Origin: Verrucomicrobiota bacterium
GTDB taxonomy: Bacteria; Verrucomicrobiota; Verrucomicrobiia; Opitutales; Cerasicoccaceae
Direction: 5' to 3'
Length of the DNA: 64,000 nt
Assembly: GCA_039818205.1 (NCBI GenBank)
Contig: JBCBUK010000008.1
Span: 96,001-160,000 of the forward strand
Under the pieces are notes generated by a model. That model did no database searches. It saw nothing but the letters and a program-made list of their open reading frames with translations, and had not been told where the DNA came from. A program made the position numbers and the translations under genes. Numbering within the stretch: position 1 is the stretch's first letter; each line of letters opens with the position of its first letter. Positions 8,801 through 17,775 of the stretch are shown one piece after another.

Positions 8801-10267
8801 TTACATCGGCTCGTCAGCATATTGCTGGAAGTCTGCGTAGGCTTCGTTTCCGTGTTCTCCAATATCCAACCCTTCGAGTTCCTCTTCGACACTGACTCGC
8901 AGACCAATGGTTTTGTTGATGGCCGAGAACATGACGTAACCAGCGATGAATGTGAATCCGAACACAGCTGCTACTCCAGCGAACTGTATGCCAAATTGGG
9001 CGAGTCCACCGCCATAGAACAGTCCATTGCGAATTGCGCCATCGGCACCCCAGATTGCGGTGTCAATCGCAGCGCTACCAAAAAGACCAACCGACAGCGT
9101 CCCCCAGGCACCACAGACACCATGGACGGAGACGGCACCGACCGGGTCGTCGATCTTAAGGTTGCGCTCAATAAACAAGACTGAGAACACAACAACGACT
9201 CCGCCGATTAATCCGATTGCGACCGCTGAAAGTGGGGAAACACTCGCGCAAGGCGCCGTGATGGAGACCAAACCGGCCAAACAGCCGTTGATTGTCATCG
9301 ATAAGTCCGGCTTGCCGAATTTGATCCAAGTAGTCGTTGCGGCACCGATCGTTCCGGCTGCAGCCGCTAGAAGCGTCGTCATGGCCACATAGGCTAATCC
9401 ATCAACAGCCGCTAGGGTCGAACCGGCGTTAAATCCGAACCATCCAAAAAAGAGAATAAAACCACCAAGGGTTGCCATCGGCAAATTGTGGCCTGGAATT
9501 GGAAGCGGTCTCCCCTCCTTGTCGTATTTCCCACTTCGGGCACCAAGGATGATCGCGCCCGCCAAACCGGCCCAGGCTCCAACCGAGTGAACAACCGTCG
9601 AGCCCGCGAAGTCGCGCATGCCCATACCACCGAGCCAGCCATCGCCACTCCAGATCCAGTGTCCTGTAATTGGGTAAAGTAAACCGGTGATGATAACCGA
9701 ATAGACGACATAACCGGCAAACTTCGTTCTTTCAGCCATGGCTCCCGAAGCAATGGTCGCCGCAGTAGCCGCGAACACCACCTGGAACACCCATCCAGCC
9801 GCCTCAAGTGATGCCCCTGAAATGTTTTCCGGCGAGACGATTGCTGCCTCCATGAAAAAGTAATCAGCCGACCAACCGATGAAACCGCTTCCGCTTCCAT
9901 ACATCAGCGAGTAACCAACGGCTAGAAACGCAATTGCGCCGAAACCGAAGTCGAGCATGTTCTTCATCATGATGTTACATGCGTTCTTGGCGCGTGTTAG
10001 ACCGGACTCGACCATGGCGAAACCTGCCTGCATGAAGAAGACCAATACGGCCGCCAAGATGAGCCAGAGAATGTCAGCGGTAACCTGCGGAAGCATCGCG
10101 ACCGGCTCTTCAGCGGCTTCAATCACCGCTTCAACTTCTGCAATCTCAGCCACAACATCCGATTGTGCCGAGGCGGTTGAAAATAATAACGAAGATAACC
10201 CCAAGCCCGCTACGAGCAGGAAATATCTCCAAGAATGGTATTTCATCATGTTTGTCATCTTTTGCAT
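8801..10267 (-). CDS. amtB: Ammonium transporter
   Basis: FFMQAGFAMVESG, DFAGSTVVH, FGWFGFNAGS, IDDPVGAVSVHG; N-terminal signal peptide. Confidence 0.97.
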   Translation of the reverse strand: MQKMTNMMKYHSWRYFLLVAGLGLSSLLFSTASAQSDVVAEIAEVEAVIEAAEEPVAMLPQVTADILWLILAAVLVFFMQAGFAMVESGLTRAKNACNIMMKNMLDFGFGAIAFLAVGYSLMYGSGSGFIGWSADYFFMEAAIVSPENISGASLEAAGWVFQVVFAATAATIASGAMAERTKFAGYVVYSVIITGLLYPITGHWIWSGDGWLGGMGMRDFAGSTVVHSVGAWAGLAGAIILGARSGKYDKEGRPLPIPGHNLPMATLGGFILFFGWFGFNAGSTLAAVDGLAYVAMTTLLAAAAGTIGAATTTWIKFGKPDLSMTINGCLAGLVSITAPCASVSPLSAVAIGLIGGVVVVFSVLFIERNLKIDDPVGAVSVHGVCGAWGTLSVGLFGSAAIDTAIWGADGAIRNGLFYGGGLAQFGIQFAGVAAVFGFTFIAGYVMFSAINKTIGLRVSVEEELEGLDIGEHGNEAYADFQQYADEPM

Positions 10268-10281
10268 TCAGTTAGATTGAG

Positions 10282-11538
10282 TTACTTGTTGGGCAGCAGA
10301 TTCTCATCAGCTACCGATTCCAGTAAATGCAACGCGGCCAAATCATTGTGTAGCAAGGATTGGACCTGATGCAGCGATAAAGAGCGATAAGGGCAGCTTG
10401 AGATGGCGCTGCGCATCACTGTGATCAGCTGCTCGTAGTTCCCCTTCCAGATGTACTTGGAAAGGAATTCGAGAGCTGCATCCTCCACTTCCCTCGCCCG
10501 GACGAATGAGTGTAAAGTCGTTAGGTCGTAAAGAATTTTTCGAATAATGAGCGGGATGTCGGAGCGACGCTCGCGCAACGGCGCAATTTTCAATCGGCCT
10601 TCGCAAAGATCACCCAGTTGCGTGCGAAACTTTTCAACCGCTGGGGTCGCCAAATCTGAGTTCGTAATACTTCCGAAGACCAAGCGTATACTCCGCTTTT
10701 TGCTTTGCCGGTTATTACTAACAAACTGTAGCAACTCATTCTTTTTTGCCTCCGGTAATGCCTCAATGTGAGGGATGAAGACAAGCCGGGGCGCGCTATC
10801 GCTCAAACGCGCGTGCGTGTTGAGTGACTCCAAGGCCTCAATCGAGATTTCGTGCTCGTGCAAAACCGCCGGGTACACATCGGCTGAACCGGAGGCTTGG
10901 TTCAGCTCGCGAACCACCAATTCAAATTCAGAACCATCTTCGCCACTTACCAAGATGGCCGTCTCGAAGTTGCGCTGCATCCAGAGTTCGGCAAGAAAGC
11001 GACGTGAGACTGCGCTCTTGCAGACCAAGAAGCTCGGGCTGTAGGAAACTGACTGCAATGAAGCGCCAAACTCCGTCGGAGTCTGGGTCGGTTCGGCAAC
11101 CTCACCGGGGCTAGCCTGGCCTGCGTTTCGGGGGCCACCGGCAGCGGACGCAATCGTTGGTCTTATCTTTGAAGCGGCCGTGCTGCACAGCCCTTCGATC
11201 TTCGTCATCAATTTTGCCGGCTTAAACGGCCGATAAATGATATCCGAAACACCAAGCTGAGCACGCGGTGGCGTGTGCGCCGCCTCAGCCTCATCACTCA
11301 GCAAGACGACGTGCGTGTTTGGACAGCTTTTTGAAAGTTTGTAGACAAACTCAAGACCGCTAATTCCCGGCAGGTCTCGATCGACAATCGCGACCGGGAA
11401 GTGGTTCTGGCTTGCCTGCTTCATCGCCTCGTGCGGGTCATTGATCGCGACAACGCGTTTCCCCAGCTCCCGAAGCATTAGTGAGAGTTGGCCGCGAGAT
11501 CGCCCGTCGGGCAGAATCAATAAAAGTGCATCATTCAT
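10282..11538 (-). CDS. Response regulator with degenerate sigma54-activator AAA+ domain and no HTH
   Basis: Receiver IVDRDLPGISGLE; AAA remnants GEDGSEFE, PLRERRSDIPL, WKGNYEQL; no GAFTGA. Confidence 0.75.
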   Translation of the reverse strand: MNDALLLILPDGRSRGQLSLMLRELGKRVVAINDPHEAMKQASQNHFPVAIVDRDLPGISGLEFVYKLSKSCPNTHVVLLSDEAEAAHTPPRAQLGVSDIIYRPFKPAKLMTKIEGLCSTAASKIRPTIASAAGGPRNAGQASPGEVAEPTQTPTEFGASLQSVSYSPSFLVCKSAVSRRFLAELWMQRNFETAILVSGEDGSEFELVVRELNQASGSADVYPAVLHEHEISIEALESLNTHARLSDSAPRLVFIPHIEALPEAKKNELLQFVSNNRQSKKRSIRLVFGSITNSDLATPAVEKFRTQLGDLCEGRLKIAPLRERRSDIPLIIRKILYDLTTLHSFVRAREVEDAALEFLSKYIWKGNYEQLITVMRSAISSCPYRSLSLHQVQSLLHNDLAALHLLESVADENLLPNK

Positions 11539-11601
11539 GGCAACGGTGTATGGTATTTTCCGTTGCGGCTAATTGAATCCTCATCAGATGAGAATGGAAT
11601 T

Positions 11602-12144
11602 CTAGTAATTCGAGCCGCGGTAAGAACGTTTTGGACGGGGGCGAACAGCGCGCTTGCGAGCTGCGGGTTCTGTTTCCGCTTCTTCCTGGGCCGGTTCGGC
11701 AGGGGCTGCCGGTTGTGGGCTTGGTTCCTGCACGGGTGTGGCTGCGGGTGGTGGATTGCCCGGAGGAGTCAGTGGCTTCGAAGCGATTGGCTTCGGAGCT
11801 GAACCAAGTTTCGATGGCTTTATGTGCTTCAAAGCCAAATTTGACACCATCTTTAGCGAGACTCGATTAACGGTCGACAAAGCCAATACCAACAAAAATA
11901 CGCCGTTAGATCGGCGGAGGAAAATCCATCGCTCGCTGTATTTGAGAAGATAGTCGTCACAGGGGACGAAGTTTTCGTCCACGGTTTCGTAAAGTGACAG
12001 TGCACGGCGCGAAAGATCGTCGAACAACTCTTCGACGAAAAATGATGGCAATTCGTTGACGATTAGCCTGCCCTCTTGGTCGAAGACACAGACGCCTTCA
12101 ACCCCTGGAACATCGAGTATATTCTTAACAAACTTGTCGCTCAT
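11602..12144 (-). CDS. Roadblock/LC7 (MglB-like) domain protein with Pro-rich and basic tail
   Basis: ILDVPGVEGVCVFDQEGRLI N-terminal roadblock pattern; about 110-aa domain plus Pro/Ala/Glu linker and KRSYRG tail. Confidence 0.7.
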   Translation of the reverse strand: MSDKFVKNILDVPGVEGVCVFDQEGRLIVNELPSFFVEELFDDLSRRALSLYETVDENFVPCDDYLLKYSERWIFLRRSNGVFLLVLALSTVNRVSLKMVSNLALKHIKPSKLGSAPKPIASKPLTPPGNPPPAATPVQEPSPQPAAPAEPAQEEAETEPAARKRAVRPRPKRSYRGSNY

Positions 12145-12182
12145 CTTGTGGGTTTCGTTAAATTGGAGAATTTGCGTTCAAG

Positions 12183-12497
12183 TTAACCTTCTAGGATGCT
12201 CGGCAATATCTCAGAGATATTTGCTTTGCTTTCAAAGAGGACGCCTAAGTCGCTTCCTCCACGTGGGACACAGACAGCAGTCATATGCTTGCCGATGAAG
12301 TGCCCTTCTTCGAGACCATCGAGGCCAAATGATTCCCCGATGAGGTCGGAAATTTGATGCATAAAGACCAGAACCTGGCCTAAAGCTTCTGCATCATCCC
12401 CCTCCGAATGGAGGATGTTTCCAGCCTCGTCACATTCGATCATTCCCAGAAGTCCTGGGAATTGCGGGGTGCCTAGTGCGTCTTCAGTAAATCCCAT
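12183..12497 (-). CDS. Small roadblock/LC7-like protein
   Basis: FPGLLGMIECDEAGNIL...LIGESFGLDGLEE...LGVLF; 104 aa; SD-like AAAGGTGA upstream. Confidence 0.6.
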   Translation of the reverse strand: MGFTEDALGTPQFPGLLGMIECDEAGNILHSEGDDAEALGQVLVFMHQISDLIGESFGLDGLEEGHFIGKHMTAVCVPRGGSDLGVLFESKANISEILPSILEG

Positions 12498-12519
12498 AAA
12501 TCACCTTTCGAACTAAAAC

Positions 12520-12535
12520 AGCACGTGTAGTGCCA
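12520..12535 (-). promoter_or_regulatory. Candidate sigma54 (-24/-12) promoter
   Basis: Minus strand TGGCAC-TACAC-GTGCT versus consensus TGGCAC-N5-TTGCW; exact GG-N10-GC spacing; 22 nt upstream of ATG 12497. Confidence 0.6.
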
Positions 12536-12581
12536 TTACGCCCTGAAAGGGATTTTTTTTACTGATTTTTCAAGTATAGGG

Positions 12582-13583
12582 TTAAAGCTTCAATTTCCCA
12601 AATACCATCTTCCCACCAGCCGAAGGCAGGACGCTAGTCACTTCAACTCTGGTATCCTGTCCGATCATATGTACGGCTTCATTGACAACGACCATAGAGC
12701 CATCACCGAGATAGCCCACTGCTTGGCCTTGCTCCTTACCTTCCTTCACTAAAGCGATTCGGATAATTTCACCAATTTCTACCTGCGGATTCAACGCCTT
12801 CCCCAAAGCGGTAATATTTAACCAATCAATTCCTTGAAATTCGGCTAAACGCGCCAAATTGAAATCCGTGGTCAATAATTTGCCTTTCAAAGACTCGGCG
12901 ACAAAAATGAGCTTTGCGTCAACCTGCTGACCACGGCCGACCTCGCTTTCATGTATCGTTACATGAATATCGGGTATCGTATTGAGCTCATTCAGGACCT
13001 CCAAACCCTTTCTGCCCTTGGCTTGGCGAGTTGGATCAGAAGAATCAGCAATTTGTTGGAGCTCATCTAATACGAAGCGAGGAACAATCAATTCAGCCTG
13101 CAAAAAACGGCTTTGGCAGATACCAATAATTCGGCCATCGATCAGAGCGCTAGTATCCACGACAACGACTGCAGAATCGACCTTTTGCGGAACGAATCTT
13201 ACATAAGGAATAACCAAATTGAACTCATCTCGACCACGAAGCGCGACCACGGCACCAAGATACATGCACACGACAAAAAGAGTGAGCCGCACTAAATAAA
13301 TAACCTGGACGTCTCCCGTTTCGAGGAGTGGTGAGGTTGAAATCAGGAATGCAATCAAAGCACCCATTCCAAGACCAAAGGTCAATGCAGTGAGGCCTCT
13401 GAGGGAAAAACCCTTGAGGAATATATCTACCAGAATCGTCAGCAACCCCATCAGTATACCGATGGTCAAGTAGACTCCGAGGCGCTCCGTGCCCTCATAT
13501 CCCGCTGCGTACCAGAGCAGGAATGCGCCAATGACGCTGAGAATCAGAAACAGTATGCGTAGGACTGTGAGGGTTTTATTCAA
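12582..13583 (-). CDS. PIN/TRAM domain membrane protein (YacL-like)
   Basis: Four N-terminal TMs; VDTSALIDGRI PIN motif; GKEQGQAVGYLGDGSMVVV TRAM motif. Confidence 0.92.
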   Translation of the reverse strand: MNKTLTVLRILFLILSVIGAFLLWYAAGYEGTERLGVYLTIGILMGLLTILVDIFLKGFSLRGLTALTFGLGMGALIAFLISTSPLLETGDVQVIYLVRLTLFVVCMYLGAVVALRGRDEFNLVIPYVRFVPQKVDSAVVVVDTSALIDGRIIGICQSRFLQAELIVPRFVLDELQQIADSSDPTRQAKGRKGLEVLNELNTIPDIHVTIHESEVGRGQQVDAKLIFVAESLKGKLLTTDFNLARLAEFQGIDWLNITALGKALNPQVEIGEIIRIALVKEGKEQGQAVGYLGDGSMVVVNEAVHMIGQDTRVEVTSVLPSAGGKMVFGKLKL

Positions 13584-13677
13584 AGTGGGAAAATTCTCAC
13601 GCAGGAGATCAATTTAGTTTCGGTTCACACTGCCCATCAATAATAAACGACTTATATGACCGGGCATTGACAAAAAT

Positions 13678-13821
13678 CTATCGAGCTAGAAAGTAAACAA
13701 TCAAGGGAGCGAGGATGAACAGGGCCATGACTCCATAAATGATCCAGATAGCTCGTTCGGCCTTGGCTTGTTCCTCAGCGGTAGGCTCCGGTTGCTCAGG
13801 AGGTGAATCGTCAGTTTTCAT
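13678..13821 (-). CDS. Small 47-aa single-pass membrane protein (absent from ORF track)
   Basis: MKTDDSPPEQPEPTAEEQAKAERAIWIIYGVMALFILAPLIVYFLAR*; start overlaps the upstream gene end by 11 nt. Confidence 0.65.
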   Translation of the reverse strand: MKTDDSPPEQPEPTAEEQAKAERAIWIIYGVMALFILAPLIVYFLAR

Positions 13822-15550
13822 TAGTTATTTGGACTACGATGCGGAACCCGGCTGATCTATTCCGAGTTCGCCGGTTAATTATCTGCATAGGCACATTGGC
13901 CATTTCGTCGATTGAAGTCTCAATGGAACCACCAGCCAGATAGCCCTCACCCTCACCAAGTGATTGACTAAACAGCCACTCAGCAACGTTGCCCAGCAAA
14001 TCGTGGTAGCCTTGGTTATTTGGTTCCTTCGTCGCGACATCGTGAGTCACGCCATCGCTATTCTCCAAATTCCAGGATGCCTTCCTTAGATCGACATAGC
14101 GTAGGCTGCCCAAGGCAGCGTAGTATTCGTCCTGGGTTGGCAGGCGACAGGGGCGTCCAAGAATCCAGGAAATGCGTTCGGCAAAAGCCGTTGCATCATC
14201 CCATGTTCCGGATTCAACGGGAAGAAGTTCACCTTTGCGGCGGCTGGGATTAGCATTGAGCATCACGCTCATGTAGAGCGCCTGGGACACTTCAGTACGC
14301 AACATCCGCCAGTCTTCGACACCGTCAATATAGAGCAGCTGGCCATAAATTCGATCCTGCAGGAAGCTGAGGTCATCTTCGATTGCAGAAAGGTATTGGA
14401 GCTTTAATAACGCATTCTCACCCAAAATTGTGCTGCGCGGAAACTGTTCGGTAAATTGCTGAACCTTCGGATAAAGGGTCCTAAGGATCTCAACTGCCTG
14501 CCAAATCGTCCTTCCCTCAAGGGCTTCATCCAATCTGGCCATATCTGTGATAATCTCTTCACCGAGCTCGCGGCTGAGGGCATTCTCTCGAAGATTTTGC
14601 AACTCTTCCACCAGCCGTGCCCCAGCGAATCGACTGTCCGGAAACTCATCGTTGAGTTTTCGCTGCAGACGGTAGGCGTTCTGGTATGCTTCTGCGGCAA
14701 TGTCAAAATCGCCCGTCTTTTCAGCATCTGAAGCAGTTTTACGTAAATTGACGATCTGTTCGTAAATGTCACTGGATTCCAAGCTCGCGAGCTTCTCCTG
14801 AAGGCCTGACAGTCGACGAATATCGGCAAACTGAAGACTGCGAAATTCCATATTCAGTTCCTTCTGGAGCGAAATCGATTCTCGGAGAAGCAGTTTCGCC
14901 CGTCCAAATTTCTCTTCGTCCACCGCTGCGTCGGCCTCTCCTTCGAGTTTAACCGATTCCTCGTATAGCGGCTTTGCCGTCAAAAACTGAACCTCACGGC
15001 TAAGACGGGTGTAGCGGCGAGGATCCGACAGGCTCGAAAGGCTGAAGTTTTCATTGATTCTTCGCTGCAAGAACAATGCGCGCTCAAGCGTTTTCAGGCC
15101 TTCTTCGGCCTTGCCCTCTTCAACCAGGCGGCGGGATTCGTTCTCCAATTGGAGGCTCTCCTCGTAAATCTCTCGAGCTTTGTATTCGTCGAGCACTTCA
15201 AGTAATTCTTCCAGGCGCACGCGAGATGGCTCGTGGAACCCGCCCCGCATCTCTAAATACTTTCGCTGGCCGTCAATCGCGGCTTTGAGCAGGGCGAAAT
15301 CATCGGCGGTTGGCGGGCGTTGTTCGGCCCGAGTCCGGAAGGTTTCTTCGTCCTTTTCGCTCTGAGCTAAAACGTCGTTGGCGGTCGCCTCGTCAAACTC
15401 ATAGTTGATTTGAGTCGGGTCTACCTTTTTGGGGCCAAGTTTGCTCAAGTAGAATGAACCGGTTAGGAGTACGGCCGCAAGGCACACTACCCCAAAAACT
15501 TTGAAGGGTATCCGGTAACGATAAAAGAATCCGTGGTCTTCTCTGCGCAT
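13811..15550 (-). CDS. Membrane-anchored helical-repeat protein with C-terminal FGE-sulfatase (SUMF1-like) domain
   Basis: N-terminal TM; RLPTQDEY, PNNQGYHDLLGNVAEW, GGS, GFRIV motifs. Confidence 0.8.
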   Translation of the reverse strand: MRREDHGFFYRYRIPFKVFGVVCLAAVLLTGSFYLSKLGPKKVDPTQINYEFDEATANDVLAQSEKDEETFRTRAEQRPPTADDFALLKAAIDGQRKYLEMRGGFHEPSRVRLEELLEVLDEYKAREIYEESLQLENESRRLVEEGKAEEGLKTLERALFLQRRINENFSLSSLSDPRRYTRLSREVQFLTAKPLYEESVKLEGEADAAVDEEKFGRAKLLLRESISLQKELNMEFRSLQFADIRRLSGLQEKLASLESSDIYEQIVNLRKTASDAEKTGDFDIAAEAYQNAYRLQRKLNDEFPDSRFAGARLVEELQNLRENALSRELGEEIITDMARLDEALEGRTIWQAVEILRTLYPKVQQFTEQFPRSTILGENALLKLQYLSAIEDDLSFLQDRIYGQLLYIDGVEDWRMLRTEVSQALYMSVMLNANPSRRKGELLPVESGTWDDATAFAERISWILGRPCRLPTQDEYYAALGSLRYVDLRKASWNLENSDGVTHDVATKEPNNQGYHDLLGNVAEWLFSQSLGEGEGYLAGGSIETSIDEMANVPMQIINRRTRNRSAGFRIVVQITNEN

Positions 15551-15660
15551 GAAAAACCTTCATCAATGCGTGGTAAATTCGAATTGGCCAGCCTATTTCG
15601 GTTTGGATGACGGTGAATTCGAGCTCGCTTTTGCGCATTCCTCCGAAATGCTCAGAAATC

Positions 15661-16515
15661 ATGTTTCGCCAAGCGACAATACTCGCCCCGGGATTGCTGG
15701 GCGCCTCACTGTTAATGGCCCTGAAAGAACGAAGCCTGGCCCAGAAAACGGTTGCCTGGGCACGCCGTCCTGAAACCCGCCTTGAATGCGAAAAACAGGC
15801 CTGGTGTGATGCCGTCTATCCTACGGCTGGTGAAGCAGTAGCCGACGCTGACCTCGTCGTCCTTTGTCCACCGGTTGAGTTTATCGCCCCACTGCTCAAA
15901 GATATCGCACCGCACCTCCCCAAAGGGGCTTTGGTTACCGATGTCGGCAGTACTAAGAGCCTGATCTGTCGGGAGGCGCGCGGCATTGCGGAAGCAGATT
16001 GGCGCTTTGTGGGCTCCCATCCGATGACCGGTTCGGAGAAATCTGGCCTCAAGTATGGTCGCGCAGATTTATTTGAGAATCGAGCCTGCTTCGTTACCCC
16101 CATGATAGACACGAACGATGCGGCGACTGAGCGTACCGTGCGCCTTTGGTCGGAATTGGGTATGGAGGTAACGACGATCTCACCCGAGAAGCACGACGAA
16201 ATCGTGGCTCACATTAGCCACCTTCCACATATGCTGGCTTCGACTCTATGCAGCTATCTGGCGACGCAGAACGAGAACTGGCGCAATTTCTCCGGTGGTG
16301 GCCTGCGTGATACAACTCGCATTGCCTCGGGCGACCCGACCATGTGGAAATCAATCGCTCGCCACAATCGCGAGGAGATCATTCGCGCTTTGGATGGCTT
16401 TGACCGCGAGCTACAGCGCCTGCGCAGCGCGCTCTACAACGAGCAGATTTACGAAGTGATGAACCTTCTCGAGCGTGGCAAAGCCTACCGGGACCGTTTG
16501 CGCATCAAAGACTAG
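15661..16515 (+). CDS. tyrA: Prephenate/arogenate dehydrogenase
   Basis: PGLLGASL, TDVGSTK, GSHPMTGSEKSG, HDEIVAHISHLPH, GGLRDTTRIA. Confidence 0.92.
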   Translation: MFRQATILAPGLLGASLLMALKERSLAQKTVAWARRPETRLECEKQAWCDAVYPTAGEAVADADLVVLCPPVEFIAPLLKDIAPHLPKGALVTDVGSTKSLICREARGIAEADWRFVGSHPMTGSEKSGLKYGRADLFENRACFVTPMIDTNDAATERTVRLWSELGMEVTTISPEKHDEIVAHISHLPHMLASTLCSYLATQNENWRNFSGGGLRDTTRIASGDPTMWKSIARHNREEIIRALDGFDRELQRLRSALYNEQIYEVMNLLERGKAYRDRLRIKD

Positions 16516-17200
16516 GCTCCTGCCCCGTTTTTTCAGCTTGAGGCCAATGGTCCGGGAGCTGAACGGCCTCTTCCAAAATGTCCAAGAAGCGGCTACGGGG
16601 CCATTTCGTGGCACCAAAACGCGCAAGATGCGCGGTCTCCTGTTGGCAATCGATAATCCGGTAGCCAGACGTCTGGAGCCGGCGAGTGAGCGCTGTGAAC
16701 GCAACTTTTGAAGCGTTGGGCACCCGATAAAACATGGATTCGCCATAAAACGCTGCGCCAATTCCAATTCCGTAGCATCCGCCGACGAGTTCCCCGTCTC
16801 GCCAGCATTCGGTGCTGTGGGCCAAACCAGCTCTATGCATCTCGATATAGGCCGCAATCATATCAGGAGTGATCCAGGTCCCATCCTGATCTGCCCGCTG
16901 CGTTTCCGCACACCCCTGGATGACACCGATAAAATCCTGATCAAAAGTGACCTTCCAATACGGTTTGCGGCTTTCTTTGGCGAGGCTGCGCGGAATTTTA
17001 ACTTCAGAGGGAATCAAAACGAATCGAGGATCCGTACTCCACCAAAGGATGGGCTGCCCCGGCGAGAACCAGGGAAAAATGCCGCATCGGTAGGCTTCGT
17101 TCAGCATCGCTACGCTAAGACCTCCCCCCATCGCCATTGGTGCATCACCGGGAGCTGTTCGAGGGTCTGGAAACAGTGTCCGTCTGGGGAATTCCGACAT
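16505..17200 (-). CDS. aat: Leucyl/phenylalanyl-tRNA--protein transferase
   Basis: AYRCGIFPWF, TWIT, FYGESMF, ASKVA, IDCQ. Confidence 0.95.
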   Translation of the reverse strand: MSEFPRRTLFPDPRTAPGDAPMAMGGGLSVAMLNEAYRCGIFPWFSPGQPILWWSTDPRFVLIPSEVKIPRSLAKESRKPYWKVTFDQDFIGVIQGCAETQRADQDGTWITPDMIAAYIEMHRAGLAHSTECWRDGELVGGCYGIGIGAAFYGESMFYRVPNASKVAFTALTRRLQTSGYRIIDCQQETAHLARFGATKWPRSRFLDILEEAVQLPDHWPQAEKTGQEPSL

Positions 17201-17335
17201 TTACGGTTACGAAATTAACCCAGCTCATTGGTGAGTCGAACTCATTCCGAAGCGAATTTTCAAAGAACCCAGCGGAAATGAGGCCCAGATAGGTTACGCA
17301 TTGCGCAGATCTACAAAAACCATTTGTTGGTCCTT

Positions 17336-17707
17336 ATGCCAGAACATCAGAATGCGCCGCGGCGCGATATTACGGAATTAGTTGAGGAGGCCACTTTTGA
17401 ATACACCATGGGTGAGAACGACGCTGCGTTGTCTAAGCTCAGGGAAGCTGTTGGCCTCGACCCGGACTGTTTCGACGCCTGGCACGCGATGACTGAAGTG
17501 TATTTTTCCATGCGCGAGTTTCACGAGGCACTCAAAGCGGCAGAGCAGGCCTTCCGCGTTGATTCTAAAGACATCCATATCAACACCTCGCTTTCACGAA
17601 TTCACATGGAGCTTGGTGACAAGAGTACTGCCGAGCATTTCGGTGCGCAGGCCCGGATGCTCGGTTGGAAGCAGCAACTTCAAGAAGGAGACGACGAAGA
17701 AGAATAG
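17336..17707 (+). CDS. TPR repeat protein
   Basis: LDPDCFDAWHAMTEVY...EALKAAEQA TPR-like helices. Confidence 0.75.
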   Translation: MPEHQNAPRRDITELVEEATFEYTMGENDAALSKLREAVGLDPDCFDAWHAMTEVYFSMREFHEALKAAEQAFRVDSKDIHINTSLSRIHMELGDKSTAEHFGAQARMLGWKQQLQEGDDEEE

Positions 17708-17775
17708 GATTGCCGAGGATGTCGGCAAACGATTTGCTACACGGGCTGTATCCGCTCTTGATACATAGTTAATCC

